DNA of 64,000 bases, taken from positions 199,144,001 through 199,208,000 of the forward strand of contig OZ038378.1 in the NCBI GenBank assembly GCA_964036045.1, written 5' to 3'. The notes under the pieces were generated by a model, which made no database searches, was not told the DNA's origin, and saw only the letters and a list, made by a program, of their open reading frames with translations. Source of the stretch: Eutreptiella sp. 'Long Island Sound 2002' (Eukaryota; Protista; Euglenida). Both the position numbers and the translations under genes were made by a program. This document shows positions 12,791 through 23,196 of the stretch, in pieces (position 1 is the first letter of the stretch; each line of letters starts with the position of its first letter).

Positions 12791-14589
12791 GTCCAGGGGG
12801 GGTGGGGGGGTGGGGGGGTGGTGTGGGACCCCCCCCCCCCTCCAGTGGTGCTGAGTGGTTAAAAGGAGCCCTGGCCTCACCCCCCCCCCCTCCCCCCGGT
12901 ATAGCATCGACCGGCCACCAAATCCCCTGGTCTGGTCGCTACCGGGGGGACTATGGGACCATTGCCGCAGCAGAGGCCCTAGACTCGGACGCCGGCAGCC
13001 TTGAGTCCCAAAAGTGAACTCAGAGGGAGTGGGTCAGATCTCGGTGCATTCTTCTCTGTGACGCTGCGACGGAAAAGGCAGTTGGGTGGGGGGCAGGCTG
13101 GCGCGGGGTTGTCCCCAGACGCCGCCACGGCGCGGCGGTGGGGGGCTGGGGGTGGAGGGTCCTTTGAGCCAGACCCCCCCCCATCCACCGGCGGGGCTCG
13201 CGTGCCGGGGGTCCAAAGCGGGGCCCTGGAGGGGGGGTCGGGGGGGGAGGGGGTCGGGCACCCTCCAAACATATGACTCAACACGAACCCCCGCGACGCG
13301 CTGATCATTTTGAGGGGCATGTCATCAGGAAAACGGTGTCTCAGAACATCTCCGTCCGGAGGCGCCACTTCTGAGTCATCCCCAGGCCTCAGGCCGCCCT
13401 CTTGCAAGGGCTCCGTCACGAGCGCCCCCTGTCCCAGACCCCCCCATTCCCCCATCGTTCGGCGCGCAGACTCCGGACAGCGATCAGGCCGTTGCCATTG
13501 GGGTAGGGGATTTGAGAGCAGGGGCCATGGCTGATGGGAAACAGCGGAAGGCGAGTTCTCAGTTACGAATCCGGTTAAAGGCACGTGCAGCAGGCTCAGG
13601 GGGTACTCGGAGGGCGGGAGGACAGGTGGCCCGCCCCCTTTGCACTGCTTTGTGTGGCACATGAAGTCAACGCACAACTGACTGCAGGAGCAGTATTCGC
13701 TTTGACGCACGACCGTGTGCAGTTGCTCGAATCGCTAACGCTGCTGAGTGCTCCGGCACGTTAGCCATCGACGGGTCGACGGCGGGGCTGCTGCTGTGGC
13801 CGGGCTTCGCCGTCAGCACACCGCCAAACGCCATCACCTGCCGTCGGTTTGATAGAGTCCTCTGAGTCCTTGAACGAACGCCCTGGCCATTGCAGAAGAG
13901 ATCCCAATCAGGGCCTACCAGACCGAGCCGCCAGTGTTGAGGATTGTTGAGGGGGCGGACAATTCGATTTGGAATCTGGGCTTGGGTTCGAGTCCGGGGG
14001 CGACTATGCAGTCATCGAAGCTTTACACATAAAATGCAGCGCCGCTTTGAAATACTGTGTCTGGAAAAATGGTACTGGGATGCCACTGGGTTGGGCCTGG
14101 TCACCGCCTTTTGGGATCGAACATTTCAGCGTGCTACGGCTGAAAGCAATTCCAGCAAGGTGGGCCATTGATGCTTTTTGTCCGGAAATCCAGCGCTCCC
14201 AATATGATTGAAATAGACCACGAACCACAGCTGGGCAAATCCGGTCCTGTTGCTCGCCGGCCGGAAATGTAGACATGCAAAGTGGAAGAACTGTGAAGGT
14301 CACTTGGTTAGGTGGCGGGTTAAAATCAACCACCGCCAGTGAGACATGCCCGATGGACAGATGATGCGATGGTGCCAATCACCATCACACAGTCAAGGCC
14401 CGCCCGAAAATCCACTCACACACACTTCGTTGCGACCAAAACAGAAGTGCCAACAAAGAACAAGTCTCACTCCAGAACAGTTGCTCCAGAGTACAGGGAA
14501 TGTAGTCAGCAGCAGGCAACCCACAAACAGAACGAGCTAAAGCTCAGCCCGGACAAACACATACACGCAGCTTGCAGGAGGCAAAACTG

Positions 14590-14935
14590 ACACAGTACAC
14601 AATCAGCGATTGGTGCTCTGGGCCCACTGCAACCTGGGTTCACCCAAGCCATCCCTCTCCATCAGCGAGCACCTTGGTGTGATGTCTCACTGACATCGCC
14701 AACTTCTTGGAGGCCGCTGCACCAATGTCCAATTACCCAAACAATACGCATACTAAAAACACACCGCACCCGGTATACTACTCGCCACACGTACACCTGG
14801 CATGTTGCCACCTCCGTGCCGAGCCTGACAAACACCTCCTTGGTGGCTACTGAAATTAAGGCTCTAAAAAAAGAGGTAAACAGAAAAACAGAAAAAGCAG
14901 AAAAAGCAGAAAAAAGCAACGAGGACATCAGAGCC
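14590..14935 (+). CDS. Putative host exon, C-terminal coiled-coil-like segment
   Basis: About 115 open codons ending ATEIKALKKEVNRKTEKAEKAEKSNEDIRA|gtgagt. The 5' boundary is uncertain. Confidence 0.35.
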
Positions 14936-16049
14936 GTGAGTATTGCACTGCATGCCAATGCACCTGGATGGGCCACACACAGGTGCGCGCACACACACTC
15001 CGCAGCATATGTGCAGCAGGGTCCAGTCCTTCACATACCGTGCATACTACCCGCGGGTTGGACCACCATGCACCTCCTTCTACGGTCATTGGTGCAGACC
15101 CAGAACACCACACACACAGTGCACTCACACACAGCACGCATCGACACACACCCACTCGCGCTGCACATGCACATGCACATGCGCATGCGCAGATGCATGT
15201 ACACACGTGCATGGGGTTGCAATGGTTGCAATGGGTGGCAAAATGTTGGTATGAGCAGAATGCACCATCACAGACATGAATGAGGCCCCTTTTCCCTCTG
15301 CAAGTGCGTCACAAACGCCAAATCCTGCACTGGGGACCACAAAAGACAGCGGTCCCGAAAAATCCTGACAACAGCAGTTCAATGCCCACTCGGTGCTTGG
15401 ACAAGCCCGTGCTTGCGCAGGGGGGGGTACACATGCACAACGCCCACGCAAGCCCTTCTACACTGCATGGCTCCAGGCAACAGAAGATGCGTATGCCTCT
15501 TCAACAGCAACTGCAAAAGAAAGAGCTGATAGACGTGCCACGTCAGAGCGGAAGGGGAAGTCGGACTGTCAATTCCGGCGGGGAGGGGCATCAATGGAGC
15601 CCCCTTGCTGACCGCCCCACTTCAGAAGGGGGGCTCAATGGACGAGATCCATGAAGCCGCACCGGCACGGCCTCCGCAGGTGACCCAAACGCCAGACCAA
15701 AAAAAAAAAAAGAAAATGGCTTTCTTGGGACTCAGCGCGGCGAGGGACAACGGGGACAAGAAAATGCATCATTTGCCTTGCGTTCAGTGGGACTTTTTTC
15801 GACCAGTATTGATTTTAGGCGCCTTCACCGCCGAATAACAAATCGATGGTGCGGTCAATGGAGGCCCCCCAGTCCAGCCCCCCCCCCCCCCGCCCTCTTC
15901 CCAGTTTATCGGGTCTCTATTGATGTCCCCCACGATTGAAAGAGTCCGACTTCCCAAGTCTCATGGGTTGTGGTCCGTCGCACTCGCACCATCAGCATCA
16001 TTCCAGTCGCGGGTGATACTGCACGTGCCATTGCACCATTTCAGGTCCT

Positions 16050-16270
16050 ACGGACTGTGATGCTGTGCGTTGCGCACCGCTTGGACCTGGCAGCAAAGGT
16101 CATCATGAACGAGGGCAAGATTTGCAGTCACCAGTTTCCGGTCCTGTGCCCGCTCCATCAATACTGCCAGGTTGGATAACGTTGTGATGTTCTCCGAAAA
16201 AGTAAACGATTTCTGTGCGAAGAGCATGGCATGGGGCAGGCATGAGGCTTGTTGTTGCACATCCTCCATA
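16050..16270 (-). CDS. Putative helical (TPR-like) exon
   Basis: LPHAMLFAQKSFTFSENITTLSNLAVLMERAQDRKLVTANLALVHDD contains a TLxNLAVL TPR-like segment. Confidence 0.25.
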
Positions 16271-16756
16271 GGACAGACAGCAACAGTAACGCACGCACCG
16301 GAAAGGACCGGGGGAATTGGACAGCAGGAGTGGTCGGGACAACCGCAGGTGCCGGTGCCAGTGCTCGTGCAGTGATGTCCAGCATTCTCCCACGTTGGGC
16401 ATTGATTGGGCAGGTTCCTTCGTTCTGCATGATGGCCTTGGGGACCCCTTCCTTGTCGGGGAGGGACCAATGCGGCACTCACAGATCTGGCCGAGGGGTG
16501 CGCAGGTTTTGCGCAGCAGCATGCGTTTGTTCTAATGCCCCCCCCCCCCCCCCCCGGGGAACAAATACATGATTTTTCAGCTTTTCAGCGAACGGGAAGG
16601 CCACATGTCATGTCCATTTTGCTCAAAGTGCTCCAAGTAGAGAGAACCTGTGTGCATGTTCTGATGTGACTTATGTTCCCCCTTTTTGTTTCAGGGCGGC
16701 GGGTGTTACATGTCTGTCCCTCTGTGACCATGACATCCGATCATGTGGCCATGACA

Positions 16757-16855
16757 TACTGGCACTGGTGCTGGTGCCGGTGCTGGTACTGGCACTCGTA
16801 ATTGGACTGGTACTGGTACTGGCACTGGCACCGGCACTGGCACTGGTACCAGCAT
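16757..16855. repeat. (ACTGGY)n hexamer repeat
   Basis: Directly visible. Confidence 0.85.
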
Positions 16856-17316
16856 CTTCCCAGCTTAGACCACCTTGCGAGCACTCGGGAACCAACCTAG
16901 ACTGCAAAGCCGTAACCCCCGTGCCTGGTGGCATACATTGTACGGGCTGACAGGCCCCCAGATAGTCATCGGTCAGAGGCAACTGGGGACAGGTGCGGCA
17001 GTCCAAATGCGCTACTTGGATGCCCCTTACTGGGTTGCCCCTTACTGGGATGCCTGGTGCAGGCTATTGCTGATGGAACCCCAGGCGGGGGGGCTAGCCA
17101 GCCCCAGCTGACCCACCCCCCCCCCACAGCAGAAAAATTTTCCTCTAGCAAAAAATGAAATTTATCAAAGGGGCCGGAAATTTATTGCCTATTGGCAAGG
17201 CACCTCGAAGAAGGAGGGAGCACAGTCAGTCCATCAATCATGTAGTCACAACATCATTCAGAAGCCCCCACCCCTGTCCAAACACCCCAATAGGGTGAAA
17301 AACACATAAAGAGGGT

Positions 17317-19078
17317 ATTGCGCTTTTACTGTCCATGAGCCTATGTACAGAGGTCGAGGGGCTGGGGGGAAAGGGCCGATCTCAGAGTTCTGCGCCTTCC
17401 CCCCGGGCTGATTGCCCCCCGCCTGTGGTGCACGGCGGAACAGAGGGACGAGTCGGTCAAGACTATGTCTCTTCCGAGCTCGCCCTCCCGTGCGCCAGGT
17501 TAGGCATGGTCATTCCCCCAGGGGACGTCGGCGCTACGGCGTCGGGCGCCCCAGGGGGGCGATGCGTCGGCGGGGGCTGCCGCACTGGCAGCCCCATGGA
17601 GAATAGTGTGGCCTGGCGCAGGGGCCCCGGTCGTCCTGGGCCCTGCGCCCGGCGTGCCGCGCGTGCTGCACTGTGTGCTGCACTGTGTGCTGTGCTGTGC
17701 GCTGCACTGTGTGCCGCACTGTGTGTTGCGCTGTGTGCTGCACTGCGTGCTGCGCTGTGTGCTGTACTGTGTGCTGCACTGTGTGTTGCGCTTGCACTGT
17801 GCGCTGTGCTGTGTGCTGCATCCTGTGGTGCACTGCGTGCTGTATTCGCTGTGCTGTGCGCTGCACTGCGTGCTGTGTGCAGCACTGTGTGCTGCACTGT
17901 GCGCTGTGCTGCGTGCTGCATCCTGTGGTGCTCTGTGCGCTGCATCCTGTGGTGCACTGTGCGCTGCACCCTGTGGTGCACTGTGTGCTGCATCCTGCGG
18001 TGTACTGTGTGCCGTGTTCTGTGCTGGCAGGGCATGTGCACTGTCGTGGTGCTGTGCGCTGTGCGCTGCACGCTGTGCTGGTGATTCACCCTGGTGCTGT
18101 GCACCGTTCGCCGTTCCCTGTGTCCCTGCACCCGGCCCTGCCTGACCTGCCTGCCCCGCCTGCCCTGTGGGGAGGGGGGGGGGTTCGGGACCGCAATGGG
18201 GGCGGGGTCGCCTGCCCCCCTGTGCCAGCAGGGCAGCCGAAATGCCGCAGAAAACATCCTGCAGCCCCAGTGCGGCTGTCCCTTGTGGGGAAGGAGGGGG
18301 GGGGTCATCTGTCACTGCCGGGCGCGGCGGGCTCGCTCTGCGCGCACGTCGGGACGCGGGCACCACGTCGCGGTCGGGCGAGGGCGCCTGCCGGGCCAGC
18401 CGCCGCGGTTCCAACCTCCGGGCGCGCTGCGAGGGCCTCTCTGGCGCCGGCAGCGCTGCGGACGCCGGTCTGGCCCGCCCCAGCCATGCCGAGAGCGCGC
18501 TTGCCCCCGCCTGGCGGGCCGCCGGTGCCAGCACCTGCCGGCCTGGTGCCCGTCGCTGCTGGGGGGGCGCCTGCCCCGGCGCCGTGTGCCCCTCGTGCCC
18601 CGCGTGGCAGCACCGGCTGATTCCCCAGCCCAGCTGCAGGCAGCGGCGGCACGAGGGCGAGCCATGTTGCGCGCACCGGGCCCCCACCGACCCTCTGCCC
18701 TCGCCCTGCCGCCGCGGGCGCTGCTCTTCCACCCGGGCGACCCCCGGGACGTGCTCCCTCCGCGGCCGGCGAGCGTAGGGGAGCAGTGCTGGCCCCCCTC
18801 CCGGGGGGCGGGGGAAATAGGTCATGAGGAAGCGTGTCGCCCCCCCCGGCCGGATGCGGGCTGGCGTGCGCAGGCGTTGCAGCCACGCTTCCTGCAGATG
18901 CAGGGCCAAGCCTTGCAGCTGCAGTGCCATGTCCGCCCTAGCCGCGAAGAACGGCCGCGCCCGCAGCCCCGCACACAGGCGGCCCCCGAGCGGTACGAGT
19001 GCCCTGCAGCGGTCACTGGGAGCCCCCTGTAGGAAGCGCCCTGCCGCCATGTGGCGCTGCAACAGCCGCGCGGCCTGC
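17317..19078 (-). mobile_element. Non-LTR retroelement copy 1 (5'-truncated), flanked by a 21-bp direct repeat
   Basis: TGAAAAACACATAAAGAGGGT occurs identically at 17296-17316 and 19079-19099. Both ends are homologous to the C-terminal and 3' region of copy 3 (QRHMAA..LQGA..DRC; GRASSEET). Confidence 0.8.
17664..18075. repeat. 12-bp minisatellite (GCTGCACTGTGT-like) inside retroelement copy 1
   Basis: About 30 degenerate units; open in several frames. Confidence 0.9.
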
Positions 19079-20115
19079 TGAAAAACACATAAAGAGGGTC
19101 TAAAACATGCTTTACATAGGATATTTGATCATTGTGGATGGTCAGAATATCAAAAAAAAATTCAGTTTTGGAAATTTCCATTTTTGAGCCGTAGAGGATG
19201 GAAAACTACATCAGCAGGTTGTGTGCCCCAGCCCCTTCGAAGCCGCCTCAGTCCCCCCTCCAAACACCCAAATAGGGTGAAAAACACATGAAGAGGGCTT
19301 TCGTCTATTAAGGTCCGTTGGCTTATGTACAGAGGTCGAGGGGCGAGGAGGTGGGCCGAGTCGAGTTCACACGCCCGTGTCCCCCCCTACAGGCCCCCTG
19401 CCTGTGCCTGCACGGCTGCCAAGAGGGACGAGCTGGATGGGACTTAGTCGCTTCCACTTGCCCTCTCGTGCGCTCTGACGGGCGCCCTCTAGCCCTCATT
19501 GCCCAGGCCTGCTGGCTTATCGGCCACCCCGCCCCACCGGGGGGCTAGGAGGCCAGGGCCACCCCGCTGTGCGCTTGTACGCTCCCCTTAGGCCGGCCGC
19601 AGGCCGAGGCCCCATGCCGCTCCCACTGATTCTAGGTGGTCGGGGGTGGGGTGGTTGTGGTCCCCCTCCCCCCACCCGAAAGCCTCCCCCTCGCCCGGGC
19701 CCTCCCGCTCGGCGGGCAGGGGCGGGGTGCGCACGCGCCCACCCTGGGCCGGCTGCAGGCCGCGGCCCTGCAGCGCACCCCTTATCCCTATGGTCGCCTT
19801 GAATACCTTCCTTGGGACACACTGCGGCGCCTCTGCACGCGCCTGCCCACCCGGAAGGGGGAAGTTGTGGTCTTCCCCCACCATCGCCGCGGGGGGGGCG
19901 GGACGCCCCCCCGTTGGGGCACTCCGGGGCCGGCAGGGGGAAGTTATGATCCTCCCTAGCCGCCATCTTGGGGGGGGGGGGGTTCCCCAGCCCTCCCCCC
20001 TCCGAGCTCTTTGCCCTGCCCCGCCCTAGAGTAAGGTCGCGGGTAGGGAGAGGGGGTTGGCTTGAGGGCCTCTCAGTCAAAAGGCCAATGTCTCCTAGCA
20101 GCCCTTCGACACTAA

Positions 20116-21049
20116 GAGAAAGGTTCCCGCACCGCGCGCACCGCGCGGGCGTTTCTAGCAACGCTCTTCAGCATTTTTCAAGTTTTTTTCAGGGTAGCAA
20201 GGACGCAGTGGCCTAAGGGGTACGCATACAACAATGGAGGCCTCCACTCCAGCCTCCTCACCAAAGGTTGTAGCTGCCCACACCCCCCGCCAGGGGAGGG
20301 CCGTAGGAAGAGGAAGAAGAAGATGTAGAACTCTCCGGTAAGGCCGCTCGACCGAAGAGCCTAGTGCCCCACAGGGTGCCCAAGCCTGTGGAGCCGTTTC
20401 GAACGTTTCGCGTTTCGACATGTTGCTCAATGGGGTGCCCATTCCCATGATGCAACCGTTTCGGTGTGCTCGTATCGGTTCGATTCACGTTTCGATTGTC
20501 ACGACGTCGGCTACGAGGAAGCCTCCTCTTCCTCTTCATCGGCGGACGTAAGTGACAAGCCTGAGGATGATGAAACCGAATCCGAATCAGAATCGGAATC
20601 TGAACCACGACGTCTCGTGGCTGATGGCTGCCCGTAAATGCCACTTGGGAAGTGGTCCCAGGGGCCGTAGGGCTCATAGCGCACATTCCGCACATTCAGA
20701 AATTGCTGAATGTGCACAACGGCTCACACCATCAAGTGCAATTTCTGCATGCGATCCGGAAGGGGATTCCCACGCTTCGTATACATGTTGCGGCAAACAC
20801 CCCAACTGTGAAGCCGTGTCAACACGTGCTCCAAACGGGCGCGCAAGAGACTATGCCCGTCATTTGCCTTTGCTTTCCAGGGAGGCACGCCCTATCCCGC
20901 AGCCACGGCACACGGGCTCACCACAAGAGAGGGGCAAATAGTGGTGAGGTGCTAGAAAACAGCACAAGGGGAAAGAAAAAGTTGTCCGTGCACGTAGAAA
21001 ACGCCCGCACCGCATTGTGCACCGCGCGCACCGCGCGAGCACCTTTCTC
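20116..21049 (-). mobile_element. PIF/Harbinger-like DNA transposon deletion derivative with transposase C-terminal relic
   Basis: TIR GAGAAAGGT, flanking TAA/TGA with empty site CAC-TRA-GCG, and internal RARLEHVLTRLHSWGVCRNMY...LMV*AVVHIQQFLN, resembling the RxxVEHxFxxLK motif of DDE_Tnp_4-type transposases. Confidence 0.7.
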
Positions 21050-21479
21050 TGAGCGCTGAATCCGCAGGGCAGGCGGTTAGGCCTGCAGTCAGCGCACTGG
21101 CAGTGCCCTGCAGCAGTGGCAGCACTGGTGGCCGCAGAGGGGTGGCAGGGGCCCTATTAGGCCCTTGTGGGCCCTGCACTGGGCAGTGGAGGAAAGCCCC
21201 ACCCCTCCCCGGGACAAACAGGTGCAGTCCCCCAGGGCGCCGCACAGGGCAGGCGGCCCGGGGCAGGGTTAGCGCATAAATCAGCAGGGGAGGGGGGGGC
21301 AGAGCAGCGCAGCCCCCCACTCCAAGAAATCTTGCAGCAGCAGCTCTAGCACTGTTGCTTGCAGCTCTTGGATGCAATTCCGGGTGCATCCCTCCTCCTC
21401 CTGCAGGACCCCAAACTGGGGGGGGGGGCTGCTGGTCACTGCCCCCCCCCCTCCCAGGAGACCCGCAGCTACAGGTGCA

Positions 21480-22290
21480 GGCACAGCAGCCTGGGTACTG
21501 AAGGACGCGTCCCCGCCAGCCCCAGGCGCCCCGAGAGCGCCACTAGCGGCGCCAATTGCAGCCCGGTGGCTGCCAGGAACTGCACAAATGGCACTCTGGG
21601 TGCTGGGGGACGCACCCCCTCCAGCCCCAATTGCCCTAGAGCGCCGCCATCAGCGCCACTTGCAGCTCGGTGGCTGCCAAAGAGTGCAAGTACAGCACTC
21701 TGGCCGCTGGGGGATGTATCCCCGCCAGCCCTAGGTGCCCCGAGAGCACCACCAGCAGCGCCACTTGCAGCCCGGTGGCTGCATGGGACTGCACGAATGG
21801 CTCTCTGGGCGCTGGGGGATGCATCCCCACCGGCCCCAGGTGCCCTGAGAGCACCGCCATCAGCGCCGCTTGCGGCGCAGTGGCTGCCAAAGAGTGCAGA
21901 TACAGCACTTTGGGCGCTGGGGGATGCATCCCCGCCAGCCCTAGGTGCCCTGAGAGCACCACTAGCGGCGCCACCTGCAGCCCGGTGGCTGCATGGGACT
22001 GCACGAATGGCGCTCTGGGCGCTAGGGGACGCATCCCCGCAAGCCCCAGGTGCCCCAAGGGCGCCACTAGCGGTGCCACCTGCAGCCCGGTGGATGCCAA
22101 GAACTTCGTGAATGGCGCTCTGGGCGCGAGGGGATGCATCCCCACCAGCCCCAGGTGCCCTGAGAGCACCGCCATCGGCGCCACTTGAAGCACGGCGGCT
22201 GCCAAGGGGTGCAGGCACGGCAGTCTGGGCGTAGGGCGACGTGTCCCCGCTAGCCCCAGGTGCCCTGGGTGCGCCACCGACGGAGGGGTT
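21480..22290 (-). repeat. 105-bp coding minisatellite (35-aa Ala/Gly-rich unit, about 8 copies, A/B alternation)
   Basis: C(C/T)AGG anchors occur at 21731, 21836, 21941, 22046, 22151 and 22256, inside ORF 21469-22653. Confidence 0.95.
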
Positions 22291-23196
22291 GAAGCCCCCA
22301 GAGTGTCCAAGGACGTTGTGCCCCTCCACGGCGCCCTCCCGGGCTATGGCCGTATAGGCAGCTTCCGCGTGGGGGGGCAGGTCGGCCCCCGGGCACCCCA
22401 AGGGCATGTGCACCACCTCCCCCACAATGTCCGCGCCATACGCAGCCCGCTGGCTGGCCCAGAAAGCAGCTGCGCCCATCCCCGCGGCCTTCTCCGCTGC
22501 CGCATCGTCAGCGTCCATAAGGTCGGCCCATGACCCCGCGCCGGGCAAAGCCTGTGGGGCCAAGGCGCTCGGGGACGCATCCCCCCCAGCGCCCGGCGTC
22601 CCGGAACCCCCCTGACGGCTGCTCGAGAAACCGGCAGCCACTGCGGCCGCCACCTTGGCGGCGTTGCGGCGTAGGGCCGCCGCTGCGCGACGCTAGCGAT
22701 GCTTGCGGTCGTCGGCACCATCGTTGCAGCCGGGACGGCCGTCACCGCTGTGGGCACGGAGGGCCAGCTGGCGCCCCCCTCCTCCCTCAGGGCTCCCTGA
22801 CAAACCTGACCGGCTGCGGGCAGCAGCGGCGGCGCCTGCACCGCTGCATCGTTCACGCCCCGATGGGGGGGGGCAGGACCACCCCCCGGTGCTCCAAGAT
22901 GCCCAAGGGGTCCGTCCCCGGGCAAGCGAGGTACACGTCCTCGTCGATGCCCCTCTCAGCATCGTAAGCGGCCAGCCGCCGGCCCGGCATGAGCGAGAAG
23001 GGTTTGCCCCCCATCAAGAGTCAACCCCCCACGGCGTCCTCCCAGTCGGTGATGTAACGAAGCGGTGCCAGGGGAGCTCCCCCTTCATGCCCCCCCCCCC
23101 ACCCCCCGGCAGAGACATGGTGATTGCGGCTTGGCTAAGGCAGCCTCGCCACGTGCAGGCGCACAATAAGAGGCGAGAAAAACATATGAACAGGGT

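Larger units (their letters stand above)
19299..23165 (-). mobile_element. Retroelement copy 2: ORF1-like region plus the shared 3' end, no recognisable RT; interrupted by a DNA transposon
   Basis: Its 3' end (CTTATGTACAGAGGTCGAGG) is shared with copies 1 and 3. Removing 20116-21052 rejoins the frame as PADSA-LS-VEGLLGDIG. Confidence 0.55.

Noticed and set aside
21480-22290. CRISPR-like array in the regularly spaced repeats (also 28280-28545)
   Set aside because: Whole units are homologous with no unique spacers, there are no cas genes, and the context is eukaryotic; these are minisatellites.
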